This document shows positions 53,008-64,000 of a stretch of 64,000 bases of DNA, in pieces (positions within the stretch are counted from its first letter, which is position 1; every line of letters begins with the position of its first letter). The DNA comes from an uncultured bacterium (GTDB taxonomy: Bacteria; Patescibacteriota; Kazan-3B-28). A model generated the notes under the pieces. It was not told the origin of the DNA, did no database searches, and was given only the letters and a program-made list of their open reading frames with translations. The stretch spans positions 280,004 to 344,003 of the forward strand of contig OY968788.1 of assembly GCA_963695435.1 (NCBI GenBank), read 5' to 3'. The position numbers were made by a program, and so were the translations under genes.

Positions 53008-54222
53008 TTATAAAAGAATCGGGAATTTTTTTGTTAAATCTGTCACGCGTTTTTTCGCTTGTGATAGTACTGCTTTATTGGTCGGTTTGTCCAGCACATC
53101 ATTGATGATAGATGCCACTTCCGCCATCTCCGCTTCTTTCATTCCCCGAGTGGTGATTGATGCCACTCCTAGTCTAATCCCTGACGGATCAAACGGACTA
53201 CGCAAATCACCTGGCACCATATTTTTGTTGACGATAATCCCCGCCTTCTCCAACGCTTGCTCTGCTTCCAAGCCAGTAATCTTTTTATTGGAAAGATTTA
53301 TTAGAACCAAGTGGGTATCAGTACCGCCTGTCACCAATTTGAAACCAAACTGAATAAGGTTGGTCGCCAACATCTTTGCGTTAGTGACGATTTGTTTGGC
53401 GTATTTTTTGAATTCCGGCTTACTCGCCTCTTCCAGACAAATTGCTTTGGCGGCGGTGATGTTATCGTGAGGGCCGCCTTGAATGCCAGGGAACACCGCT
53501 TTATCAATTGGTGAAGCGAGAGTTTTTTTACACATAATTATTGCACCCCTCGGCCCGCGCAGAGTTTTGTGAGTGGTTGTCATTACAATATCGGCGTGCG
53601 GGAAAGGTTGCGGGTGAACTCCGCCAGCAATTAGTCCCGCGATATGCGAAATGTCCGCCACTAAATATGCGCCGACTTGTTTGGCGATTTTTGCGAAACG
53701 AGCAAAATCAATTGCCCGCGGATAGGCGGTGGCACCACAGACGATAATCTTCGGTTTGAAGATTTTTGCCATTGTTTCAATTTCGTCGTAATTCAAAAGA
53801 CCAGTGGATGAATCAACACCGTATTGAATGAACTTATACGCTTGTCCCGAAAAATTGACCCGATGCCCGTGGGTTAGGTGCCCGCCATGAGCCAAACTCA
53901 TTCCCATCACCGAGTCGCCAAAATCCAGCAAAGCGGTATAAATGGCGATATTGGCAGGACTGCCTGAATAGGGCTGGACATTGGCATGTTCCGCCTTGAA
54001 GAGCTTCTTGGCGGCCTCAATTGCCTTATTTTCTACCTCATCAATAATGTCATTCCCGCCATAGTAGCGCTTCCCAGGGTAGCCCTCGGAGTATTTGTTC
54101 ATCAAAACCGAGCCCGCTGCCTCTCTGACAGCTGAACTGGCTATATTTTCAGAGGCAATCAGGGACAGGGTATCCTGCTGACGCTTTGCCTCCGCCTCGA
54201 TAAGCTGGGGAATCGTTTTCAT
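53008..54222 (-). CDS. glyA: Serine hydroxymethyltransferase
   Basis: PLP-lysine region TTTHKTLRGPRG and a conserved SHMT N-terminus. Confidence 0.92.
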   Translation of the reverse strand: MKTIPQLIEAEAKRQQDTLSLIASENIASSAVREAAGSVLMNKYSEGYPGKRYYGGNDIIDEVENKAIEAAKKLFKAEHANVQPYSGSPANIAIYTALLDFGDSVMGMSLAHGGHLTHGHRVNFSGQAYKFIQYGVDSSTGLLNYDEIETMAKIFKPKIIVCGATAYPRAIDFARFAKIAKQVGAYLVADISHIAGLIAGGVHPQPFPHADIVMTTTHKTLRGPRGAIIMCKKTLASPIDKAVFPGIQGGPHDNITAAKAICLEEASKPEFKKYAKQIVTNAKMLATNLIQFGFKLVTGGTDTHLVLINLSNKKITGLEAEQALEKAGIIVNKNMVPGDLRSPFDPSGIRLGVASITTRGMKEAEMAEVASIINDVLDKPTNKAVLSQAKKRVTDLTKKFPILL

Positions 54223-54246
54223 AGTACTATTGTACCTTATCCAATC

Positions 54247-54377
54247 TTGTCATTCTCGACCCTCCTTTGTTGTCATTCTGAGTGGAGCGAAGAATCTAAA
54301 ATATTATAGATCCTTCGGTCGCCTAGGCGACCTCGAGGATGACAGAGGGTAGATCCTGAAATGAATTCAGGATGACG
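54247..54377. repeat. Intergenic palindromic repeat, copy E, same subtype as D
   Basis: Partial TTGTCATTCTCGACC followed by TGTCATTCTGAGTGGAGCGAAGAATCTA...CCTCGAGGATGACAGAGGGTAGATCCTGAAATGAATTCAGGATGACGG. Confidence 0.7.
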
Positions 54378-54440
54378 GTAAAAAGGGGCGATTGCGGGGA
54401 GGGGCAAAAAAAGCTATACTACGACTGATTTTTCTCTCTT

Positions 54441-55730
54441 ATGGAAATGACTAAATACGCATTTTTGCTGGGGTCCCATCCATTGATGAGCTTCTTGGAA
54501 ATTTTGAACGTGCTGGATGTGGAGAAAATTCCCAAAGGGCCTTACACCCGCACTGGTGAGGATATTTTGATTATTCCGTTGAAACTGACTGACGCGAAGC
54601 TGAATAAACTTCAACAGCTGCTTGGCGGGACGATAAAGATCATTGAAATCGTAGATGAGTTTGACGGAACGATTTTCCAAGTCAGCCGAGTGCTGACACC
54701 GGAGACTTTGATTGCCAAGTACTTTGCCCAATCGGAAAGTAAGATTAACTTTGGATTTTCCGTTTATTCCATCAATCATCTGGTGTATTCGGAGATAAAC
54801 TGGCTTCGCAATTTTGCCTACCAAATAAAACGCCGATTCAAATCGAATTACAGCATTCGGTATGTTGACGAAAAGAACTTTGAACTCTCTTCTGTAATGG
54901 TGGTGAACAACAAATTGGTTGAAACTGGTGCGGAAATTGTCATTATCAAGCAGGATAAGAATTTCAAGATTGGACGAACTCGGACGGTGCAGGATTTTCG
55001 TAGTTACGCTCATCGAGATATGGAAAAGCCCAGCCCGAACCCGAAGTCAGGGATGCTCCCGCCAAAATTAGCGCAGATTATGCTAAACCTGACACGGGAC
55101 AATCGGCATAAGCAAATCTTTGACCCGTTTTGTGGAAGCGGGATTATTTTGCAAGAAGCGATTTTGCTGGATTTGGATATTTTAGCTTCGGACATTGATG
55201 AAGATGCGGTGAAATCGACTGAAGATAATTTGGCGTGGCTAATCAAAACACATAACGCCGCCGCACCGAAATTGGGGTATGAAAAAATCAAGACATCAAA
55301 ATTGACCAGCCGAATTAGGTTGGCTGACGCTACTCGGTCGCGTTGGATAAAGGCAAATCAGTCGGATGTTTGTGTGGTGACTGAACCATACTTGGGGCCT
55401 CCGCAAAGAGGACCGATACTACTTCACCACGCAAAGAATATCGCTCAAGAGCTGGAGCAACTTTATGTCGGGTTTTTTGAGAATCTAAATAAGAACTACG
55501 GAAAGATTGATAAAGTTGGTTTTGTTTTGCCTGTACTGAAAACCAACGAAGGACTTTTGTATATGAATGTGCTGGAGCGCATCAAGGAACTTGGATTCAC
55601 ACCAAAACAATTCCTGCCGGCAGAAGCGGCAAAGAAAGAGGCATTAGCGACCCACCGCGGAGGATTGCTCTACGCCCGTCCAGACGCCTTCGTCCTACGG
55701 GAAATCTTCGTGTTCGAGAAAAAATCTTGA
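54441..55730 (+). CDS. THUMP-type SAM-dependent RNA methyltransferase (Trm11/RlmL-like)
   Basis: Motif I DPFCGSGIILQEA and a motif IV-like VTEPYLGPP. Confidence 0.7.
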   Translation: MEMTKYAFLLGSHPLMSFLEILNVLDVEKIPKGPYTRTGEDILIIPLKLTDAKLNKLQQLLGGTIKIIEIVDEFDGTIFQVSRVLTPETLIAKYFAQSESKINFGFSVYSINHLVYSEINWLRNFAYQIKRRFKSNYSIRYVDEKNFELSSVMVVNNKLVETGAEIVIIKQDKNFKIGRTRTVQDFRSYAHRDMEKPSPNPKSGMLPPKLAQIMLNLTRDNRHKQIFDPFCGSGIILQEAILLDLDILASDIDEDAVKSTEDNLAWLIKTHNAAAPKLGYEKIKTSKLTSRIRLADATRSRWIKANQSDVCVVTEPYLGPPQRGPILLHHAKNIAQELEQLYVGFFENLNKNYGKIDKVGFVLPVLKTNEGLLYMNVLERIKELGFTPKQFLPAEAAKKEALATHRGGLLYARPDAFVLREIFVFEKKS

Positions 55731-55897
55731 CGCTCTCCACCAGATACGGTAATCTGTCGTAGTTAGTGTTTAATGTTTTATCGGGGTCCCCGAGGCAAAC
55801 CAACGAAGTGTTTGGCTTGGGGAGAGGAGAAATCCTTGAACCCCAAAAGGCGAGAAGAGAATACGCCTCGCCGTTAAAGTGAAAGGATTTAGACGAG

Positions 55898-56176
55898 ATG
55901 GCCCATGTAAAAGCCGCCGGTACATCTAAAAACCTCAAAGACTCCAAGCCAAAGATGCTCGGGGTCAAGGTGTATGGAAATCAATACGCGAAAGCGGGTG
56001 ATATTATCGTTCGCCAGCGGGGTCAGAAATATCGCGCGGGTGAAAACACATTGATGGGCAGGGACCATACCGTGTTTGCTAAGGTTGCCGGTAAGGTAGA
56101 TTTCCAAGTGAAGCGGGTACGCAAAAATGGTGTAGGACACGCAACTGCGACCTACATTAGTGTGGTGACGAAGTAG
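55898..56176 (+). CDS. rpmA: 50S ribosomal protein L27
   Basis: [12 protein letters not shown]...[13 protein letters not shown]...GRDHTVFA. Confidence 0.92.
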   Translation: MAHVKAAGTSKNLKDSKPKMLGVKVYGNQYAKAGDIIVRQRGQKYRAGENTLMGRDHTVFAKVAGKVDFQVKRVRKNGVGHATATYISVVTK

Positions 56177-56203
56177 TATCTAGTATCTAGCATCTAGCGA
56201 AGA

Positions 56204-56226
56204 GAGGCGCCGAAGGGCGTTTTTTG
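56204..56226 (+). terminator. Intrinsic terminator after rpmA
   Basis: cgcc-gaag-ggcg stem followed by TTTTTTGTTTG. Confidence 0.45.
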
Positions 56227-56251
56227 TTTGCTAATTTTTAGACAAGAAAAA

Positions 56252-56287
56252 ACCGCCGTGAGAAAGGGATCGAACCTTTCTCCGGCG
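56252..56287 (-). terminator. Long hairpin followed by T6 on the minus strand
   Basis: ccgccg-t-gagaaagg-gatcgaa-cctttctc-cggcgg. The loop resembles a tRNA T-loop, but no tRNA can be built. Confidence 0.5.
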
Positions 56288-56461
56288 GCTGAATGTGCAC
56301 TTAATCATCTTGTCACCCCTAAATAGCGGCAAGCCAAGACCAGCCCCAAGATGATAATTGTCAGTAGCGATGATGAACAGCCTGGCAAGCCGGTCCAAAT
56401 TGGCTCCGGTATTGTTGGCTTTACAGTGCCGGGTGGCAGTGGATCGTTTGGCAATTCCTGT

Positions 56462-57187
56462 TCATTTTTGCCTTTCACTTCGCACCTCGCTCCAACGCTT
56501 GCCCTTGATGAGAGCCTCTTCGTATTTCCTAGCCAGTATGTCGGGATTCTCTATAGCCGTAAGAGTAGCGTCAAGCTTCCCTAGCCAAACTGAAATCCAC
56601 GCAAAGAGTAGGCTGTACAAAACTCTATCGATTGTTTGCGCGGTCGAGTATGTCGGCTGCAACAGCAGCAAGAACCATACTCCGTAAATGGCTAACCCCA
56701 TCGTCCACACCAATAAATCCTTGGTGATTTGGGATTCCAAAATGTCCCTCATTTCAACCCACCCGCAGAATTCGTCTCGGTTGAAGAGGTATTCCAGCGA
56801 CAGATAACAGCGTGCCAATAGAAAGCCGATGAACGCCAAAATTGCCGCCGCTAACAACCAAAGCAGATACCAAGACAAATGGCCGTTCCACCATTGGTTC
56901 ACGGATACCCCGATCATCGCCCAGGCTCGAGTAATGATACCGCCGACAACCCAAGCGACTACGAGGTAGATGGGACCGGAGGCTTCAGCCCACCAGTTAG
57001 GAACCAGTAGACCAAAGAGAATGATCACTGCTACAAGAGCGATTAGCCACACCCACGACGGAATTTGTACTGGCAGCCATAAAATGGCTGCCCAGATTAA
57101 TCCACCTATGGCAAGCCACCCGGTGGATATCCAGAAACGTTTAGCCGACATCGCAACCCCCAAATAATAAATTCGCCCCAATGTCAA
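56462..57187 (-). CDS. Polytopic membrane protein, hypothetical
   Basis: 241 aa with at least six hydrophobic helices, W-rich. Confidence 0.5.
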   Translation of the reverse strand: MTLGRIYYLGVAMSAKRFWISTGWLAIGGLIWAAILWLPVQIPSWVWLIALVAVIILFGLLVPNWWAEASGPIYLVVAWVVGGIITRAWAMIGVSVNQWWNGHLSWYLLWLLAAAILAFIGFLLARCYLSLEYLFNRDEFCGWVEMRDILESQITKDLLVWTMGLAIYGVWFLLLLQPTYSTAQTIDRVLYSLLFAWISVWLGKLDATLTAIENPDILARKYEEALIKGKRWSEVRSERQK

Positions 57188-57248
57188 AGAGCAGGAGCGT
57201 AGAGTCTAGTATCCCTGATTTTCAGCTACCAGTCAACGAAAGGAGAAA

Positions 57249-58919
57249 TTAGAAAATTGGCTGATTCTCATGGATGGGTTCAGGGACGCTATCAATCAAT
57301 GAAGTAGAGCGGATGACGGCGCCGATGAAGTCGCGGAATAGCGGATGGGGACGATTGGGACGAGACTTGAATTCGGGATGGAATTGCGATGCCACAAACC
57401 ACGGGTGGTCTCTTAGTTCAATTATTTCTACCAGTTCGTTGCTGGGGGAAACACCCGACAAAGTCATCCCGGCAGATTCAAAATTTTGACGGTAAAGATT
57501 GTTGAATTCATAGCGATGGCGATGGCGCTCGGAAATTTCCGAAAGCTGATAGGCAAGTTGAGCGCGAGAATTTGGCCGCAGTATGGCAGGATAAGCGCCC
57601 AACCGCATCGTGCCGCCTTTATCCAAAATAGTTTTTTGATATTCCATAATGTGAATAACCGGGTAAGTGGTGTTTTCGTCAAACTCCGTACTATGGGCAT
57701 CCTGCCAGCCCAAAACATTACGAGCGAACTCAATCACCGCGATTTGCATCCCTAAACACAGACCCAAATACGGAATTTTATTTTCGCGGGTGTACTGGGC
57801 GGCTTTGATTTTCCCTTCTATCCCCCGAACTCCAAATCCGCCCGGCACTACATAGCCATCACAACCGCTCATAATTTCGGCAACATTGGCAATAGGGTTG
57901 CCCAATTCTTCCGCGTCAATCCATTTTAGATTTACATCTACATTGTGATACCAACCGGCGGCGCGTAATGCTTCAAAAATACAAATGTAAGTGTCTTCCA
58001 TCGTGGTATATTTTGCGACAATGCCGATGTTGAGTTTGCGTTTGTCTGATTTGATTTTCCCGACTAACTCACGCCATTCCGCCAATTTTGGTTCAGTCGG
58101 CGTCAGACCCAACCGTTCTTCAATCACTTTCCCGATGCCGAAGTTTTCCAATGTCAGAGGCACCTCGTAAACGGTGTCAGCGGTTTGGAGAGGGACAACA
58201 TTAGTTACTGGCAAGTTTGCCGCGCGGGCGATTTTTTCCAATCCCACTTGCGGAATCGGGTGATCAGCGCGACAAAAAATGGCATCTGGAGAGATGCCAA
58301 TCCCCTGCAATTCGCGGATGCTAAATTGCGCCGGACGGGTTTTTAGCTCTTTAGTGACGCCCAGATAAGGCAGGAAAACTGTGTGACAATACATTACGCT
58401 GTTCGGGCCCAAATCATGTCTCATCTCACGAATTGCTTCCAAAAAATGAAATCCTTCATGGTCACCGACCGTCCCTCCAACTTCCACCACCGCAATATCC
58501 GCTCCGATTTTTTGGGCACCGTTAATGATGATCTCTTTCACCACATTGGTCAGATGTGGGATTACCTGCACAGTTTTGCCCAAGAAGTCTCCCCTGCGTT
58601 CACGGGCAATTACATCACTGTAAATACGACCGGTCATAATAGAAGAATCTTTGGTCAGATTTTCATCAACAAATCTTTCATAGTGTCCTAAATCCAAATC
58701 AGTTTCCGCACCATCATCTGTCACAAAAACTTCGCCATGCTCCCCTGGGTTCAGAGTTCCCGCGTCATAGTTGATGTATTGGTCGAGTTTCTGCATAAAA
58801 ATCTTATATCCGCGCGCTTTTAGGATGTTACCAATAGATGCGGCTGTAATTCCTTTGCCAAGACCCGACAACACGCCCCCTGTTACGAAAATGAATTTTA
58901 TTGGTTTCAAATCATTCAT
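57249..58919 (-). CDS. pyrG: CTP synthase
   Basis: N-terminal synthetase domain (FVTGGVLSGLGKG) and a C-terminal glutamine amidotransferase domain (GLCLGMQ). Confidence 0.92.
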   Translation of the reverse strand: MNDLKPIKFIFVTGGVLSGLGKGITAASIGNILKARGYKIFMQKLDQYINYDAGTLNPGEHGEVFVTDDGAETDLDLGHYERFVDENLTKDSSIMTGRIYSDVIARERRGDFLGKTVQVIPHLTNVVKEIIINGAQKIGADIAVVEVGGTVGDHEGFHFLEAIREMRHDLGPNSVMYCHTVFLPYLGVTKELKTRPAQFSIRELQGIGISPDAIFCRADHPIPQVGLEKIARAANLPVTNVVPLQTADTVYEVPLTLENFGIGKVIEERLGLTPTEPKLAEWRELVGKIKSDKRKLNIGIVAKYTTMEDTYICIFEALRAAGWYHNVDVNLKWIDAEELGNPIANVAEIMSGCDGYVVPGGFGVRGIEGKIKAAQYTRENKIPYLGLCLGMQIAVIEFARNVLGWQDAHSTEFDENTTYPVIHIMEYQKTILDKGGTMRLGAYPAILRPNSRAQLAYQLSEISERHRHRYEFNNLYRQNFESAGMTLSGVSPSNELVEIIELRDHPWFVASQFHPEFKSRPNRPHPLFRDFIGAVIRSTSLIDSVPEPIHENQPIF

Positions 58920-58928
58920 TTGTTTTCT

Positions 58929-59036
58929 TTTGTCATTCTGAATGTAATGAAGAATCTATAAGAAAATTATTATTTTAGATCCTTCGATTCGCTCTGCTCG
59001 CTCAGGATGACACTGCGTGTCATTTATAGATTCTGG
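58929..59036. repeat. Intergenic palindromic repeat, copy F
   Basis: TGTCATTCTGAATGTAATGAAGAATCTATAAG...CTCAGGATGACA plus a rearranged fragment GTGTCATTTATAGATTCT that overlaps the last five codons of alr. Confidence 0.7.
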
Positions 59037-60168
59037 TTAGGTGCGCGGGTATACGGGAAAGGATTTCATAATTGATGGTGCCCGCCCAATCGGCAATGTC
59101 GGTGGCGGTGATTTCTTTATTTTGACTGCGACCAATAATAACTACTTCATCACCAACTTTGGCGCGCGGTCTTTTGCTGATGTCCAAAATTATCATATTC
59201 ATACACACCCGACCGACAAACGGAACAACTGCGCCTTTGAGAAGCGCAAACCCCATATTACTCAAATGTCTTGGAATACCTTCGAAATAACCAACTGGGA
59301 TAACACCGATAGTCATCGCTGACTTTGCCTGATAATTGCAACCGTATCCAACATAACTTCCTGCGCGAATGCGTTTGACTTGAACCAACTTTGTTTTGTA
59401 AGTAAGAGCTGGTTTCAGACGGAAATTGCGAGTTTTTTTACTGCGCTTACACCACAGCTCCACACTCCGCGATGGCCAGATGCCGTAAAGTGAAATACCG
59501 ATGCGAACACAATTGAATCTGGAATTGGGTACCATAATTGCGGCGGCAGAAGAGGCGATGGAAATAATTGGAATTTTGATATCCAATTTTTCGAGCTTGG
59601 CTAGCAATCTTTCAAATGCCAGAACCTGGTCGTTGGTATAGCTCTGGTTTAGTTCTTCCACACTCGCAAGATGCGAATACAATCCCTCTAATTCAAATTG
59701 ACGAGTTTTGGAAGAAATCAATTTTATAATTCGAATAATTTCGTCAATATTGTTGAAGCCTAGCCGATTGATACCGCTATCCAATTTCACATGAACAATC
59801 GCTTTGCGATTAGTGATGTCCGCAATGCGAGCAATCGTGCGATAACTTTCTTCGTTGTAAACACTCAAACCGATTTTGTTGCGAATCAGCGAACCAATAC
59901 TATCTTTCGGAACGGCACCCAACACTACAATCGGCTGAATAATTCCCTTTTTGCGTAATTCTAACGCTTCATCAGCGGTAATTACTCCTAAATAATCAGC
60001 ACCTGACCTAATTGATTGTTTCGCAACTTCAAAAAGCCCGTGCCCGTAAGCATTGGCTTTTACAACTGCCATAATTTTTGTTTCCGGTTTTAGGAGGCGC
60101 CTAAATTGCTTGATGTTGAAATCAATCGCTTTTAGATCAACCGTAATCCAAGCAAGTGGATTGCTCAT
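59020..60168 (-). CDS. alr: Alanine racemase
   Basis: PLP site VVKANAYGHG. Start at MSNPLAW with a GGAGG RBS; the ORF-track start is 19 codons further upstream. Confidence 0.88.
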   Translation of the reverse strand: MSNPLAWITVDLKAIDFNIKQFRRLLKPETKIMAVVKANAYGHGLFEVAKQSIRSGADYLGVITADEALELRKKGIIQPIVVLGAVPKDSIGSLIRNKIGLSVYNEESYRTIARIADITNRKAIVHVKLDSGINRLGFNNIDEIIRIIKLISSKTRQFELEGLYSHLASVEELNQSYTNDQVLAFERLLAKLEKLDIKIPIISIASSAAAIMVPNSRFNCVRIGISLYGIWPSRSVELWCKRSKKTRNFRLKPALTYKTKLVQVKRIRAGSYVGYGCNYQAKSAMTIGVIPVGYFEGIPRHLSNMGFALLKGAVVPFVGRVCMNMIILDISKRPRAKVGDEVVIIGRSQNKEITATDIADWAGTINYEILSRIPAHLTRIYK

Positions 60169-60287
60169 GAACCTCCAAAAAATATTTACATAAATAACCT
60201 CAACCCCCACATACCCGACCCCCATCAGGCATACCTCCCATATGATACTACAAGAGGGAAGCTTCGCCAGGCGATAGATACGGGAAG

Positions 60288-60307
60288 CCCCCGGCCGAAG
60301 CCGGGGG
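60288..60307 (-). terminator. Hairpin with a UUCG loop downstream of 60338..60979
   Basis: cccccggc-cgaa-gccggggg, an 8-bp perfect stem. Confidence 0.4.
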
Positions 60308-60337
60308 CGAGAGATTACTTATGGCGTGGTGCAAGCC

Positions 60338-60979
60338 CTAAGCCGCAGAGCGAGATATAATCTTGCCGATTATACCCAACTCCAGAGCTTTGTGGCTGGA
60401 GATTTCCAAGTTCATGGCGAGGTACTCGGAAATCGTGATTCCAAGGCGATCTGCCTCGGATGCGAAAACGGGCGACCACAGCTCATTACGCTTGATCGAA
60501 ACCGTTATCGCGTCATCGAACCATGCTTCGATCTTGGCTCGCCAAACTTCTTTCGGCAAACCGTCGATAAGCTGGCGAGCAGTGTTGACCTGCCCGGCAT
60601 ATCGCAGGTCGGCGAAAGATGAGGCAACTGTGAAGGTCGCTTCCGGTTGGGCAAACCTGCGTTCGCGTGGGAATGCGGTTACCATCAACTCAAGGGCTGC
60701 TCCATGAGCGCGGGAAACCACCCATATTGCCTTTGGCACATTTAGGAGGTTGATCGCAGTCCGGAGTCGCTCCATGTTGCATGTATCGCCGCCGTGGCTG
60801 TCAATCACCAAGAGCAGACCGTGCTCTTTGGTAAGTTGAGTAAACTGCCCAATCAAGTGATTGACAACATCTTGCTCGATGCCACCCAAGAGCTGGACCA
60901 ACATGCCTTCGCTCTTCAAACACTGACTGATTTCTGTGGGGATATTCTTCCAAACATCCCCGTCCACAAATTTGAACAT
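60338..60979 (-). CDS. Hypothetical protein, tentatively ClpP/crotonase-fold (S49/SDH-like)
   Basis: LLLVIDSHGGDTCNMERLRTAINLL resembles the xSPGG-type region of Clp/SppA-like proteases; weak. Confidence 0.4.
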   Translation of the reverse strand: MFKFVDGDVWKNIPTEISQCLKSEGMLVQLLGGIEQDVVNHLIGQFTQLTKEHGLLLVIDSHGGDTCNMERLRTAINLLNVPKAIWVVSRAHGAALELMVTAFPRERRFAQPEATFTVASSFADLRYAGQVNTARQLIDGLPKEVWRAKIEAWFDDAITVSIKRNELWSPVFASEADRLGITISEYLAMNLEISSHKALELGIIGKIISRSAA

Positions 60980-61011
60980 TGATACACCTCGAATAGTGAT
61001 TACCGGACGGA

Positions 61012-61617
61012 TCAGTCGACTGACGGAGGCTCGAAGCGCAAGTCCCGCCAGATAAGTATGGGGCCGAAGATCCAGTAGAGGATCTCTTGCCGCTTTTGGA
61101 AAGCCGGCTCGCTGTGAGGATGAATATCCTCACGATCGAAGGCCTCGACTTCCAGTCGCGCTCCCCTCAACAAGTTTAGCCAGAAGCAGATAGCTTTGAC
61201 TTTTCCCCGGCGCGCGGTATCGCAGCAGACTATCCGCTTCTTTATGTCCCCATATCTACCGAAGATCTTTACGGCGTGGACGATGTTCTGCGTAGTATTC
61301 CATCCCCAATAGGCGTGGTCTGTAATCATATTGGGGGGCAATCGATCGGCCGCATTGCCAGAAGCTTGATCCTCATGGAAGCGAGCTAACAAATACTTGT
61401 ACATAGTGTCTCCCTCGCTTACGAGGGGGCGTGCGGGGTTAGTGTACCCGCCAGCCAGAATCACTGTCGCAAGATCTCCTTGCCTCTGGTGATCTTTGAT
61501 TAGCTCCCAGCAGGAATCCAAGTACCGCTTATATCCGCGCATTTCTTTCGGACTACGCAAATCCGGATCATAGAGGCCATAACCCATAACAACAATGCCT
61601 GTCGTACGACCAGACAT
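61012..61617 (-). CDS. DUF218/YdcF-like (ElyC/SanA family) protein
   Basis: VILAGGYTNPARPLVSEGDTMYKYLLA matches the DUF218 GG...SEA..M..YL signature. Confidence 0.6.
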   Translation of the reverse strand: MSGRTTGIVVMGYGLYDPDLRSPKEMRGYKRYLDSCWELIKDHQRQGDLATVILAGGYTNPARPLVSEGDTMYKYLLARFHEDQASGNAADRLPPNMITDHAYWGWNTTQNIVHAVKIFGRYGDIKKRIVCCDTARRGKVKAICFWLNLLRGARLEVEAFDREDIHPHSEPAFQKRQEILYWIFGPILIWRDLRFEPPSVD

Positions 61618-61854
61618 GGACTTTCACCCCCTTAGAGATTTGGATTATTTTGAGTCAAGGTGCCGTACCTAACTGATGGGAGGATAGTCTTTCTCGAGGT
61701 TATTGTCAATAAAAATCAGCTCTGGGAGCTGTTGTTTCGGTAGTCCTGTTTTTAGGTGGAAGGGTAAGCAGGTCGCTTGGTTCGTTATGGCGAACCGAGC
61801 TTTGCTCGCGACCGTCGAGAGGGAAACACACCCCATTGCCCTCTCGAGAACCTC

Positions 61855-63924
<2,070 letters not shown>

Positions 63925-64000
63925 CTAGAGGACTAGCTGGGGTAGTTGTTCAGCACTTAAATTGTAGCTGATTTTCAGGGGTAAAACAAGGGAAAATCTA

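Noticed and set aside
54414-55013. Minus-strand 199-aa ORF
   Set aside because: It overlaps the MITE repeat and the N-terminal half of the well-supported methyltransferase gene on the opposite strand.
56240-56295. Possible tRNA suggested by a GGTTCGATCCC T-loop-like sequence
   Set aside because: The T-loop-like sequence is the loop of a simple 14-bp hairpin, and no acceptor, D or anticodon arms can be built. It is treated as a terminator.
20409-59036. CRISPR array
   Set aside because: The six repeat copies are palindromic, variable in length and sequence, irregularly spaced by kilobases of genes, and have no cas genes nearby. This is a MITE/REP-like family, not CRISPR.

Overview
64 kb, roughly 43% GC, gene-dense and mostly housekeeping. 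The gene content points to a small-genome bacterium of the Patescibacteria/CPR or Gram-positive-like type, but this is not verifiable from the sequence alone. Supporting features are a short AspRS lacking the GAD insertion together with GatCAB, a stand-alone rpmA, a sortase plus thiol-disulfide oxidoreductase pair, PEGA, DUF2207 and LRR surface proteins, many GT4 genes, and frequent 4-nt ATGA start/stop overlaps. Recognisable core genes are uvrA (5' truncated), uvrC, ligA, gatC, gatA, gatB, mfd, pth, der, a DD-carboxypeptidase, aspS, nfo, dgkA, mazG-like, dedA, rpoD, rarA, NUDIX, gltX, several GT4/GT2/GT26 glycosyltransferases, sortase, glyA, a THUMP-type methyltransferase, rpmA, pyrG, alr and gyrB. 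There are three tRNAs: Glu-CUC, Gln-CUG and Leu-CAA. The most notable content is two paralogous modules at about 4.9-9.0 kb and 16.0-19.5 kb, each with a consensus sigma-70 promoter, a small cytoplasmic or DNA-binding protein, and a membrane-anchored VirD4/TraD-like (T4CP/HerA-FtsK superfamily) ATPase carrying a long N-terminal domain and a disordered tail; no other T4SS parts are visible. A family of six imperfect-palindromic intergenic repeats (MITE/REP-like, sharing TGTCATTCTGA...CAGGATGACA ends) is present. Several small gene cassettes flanked by direct repeats occur, one between gatA and gatB and one at 26.2-26.8 kb. There is a partial tRNA 3'-end duplication downstream of tRNA-Glu, tandem GTCTAT/GTCCAT heptamer arrays abutting two start codons, and several unannotated or frameshifted small ORFs. 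No CRISPR array, rRNA, or recognisable SRP, tmRNA or RNase P RNA was found.
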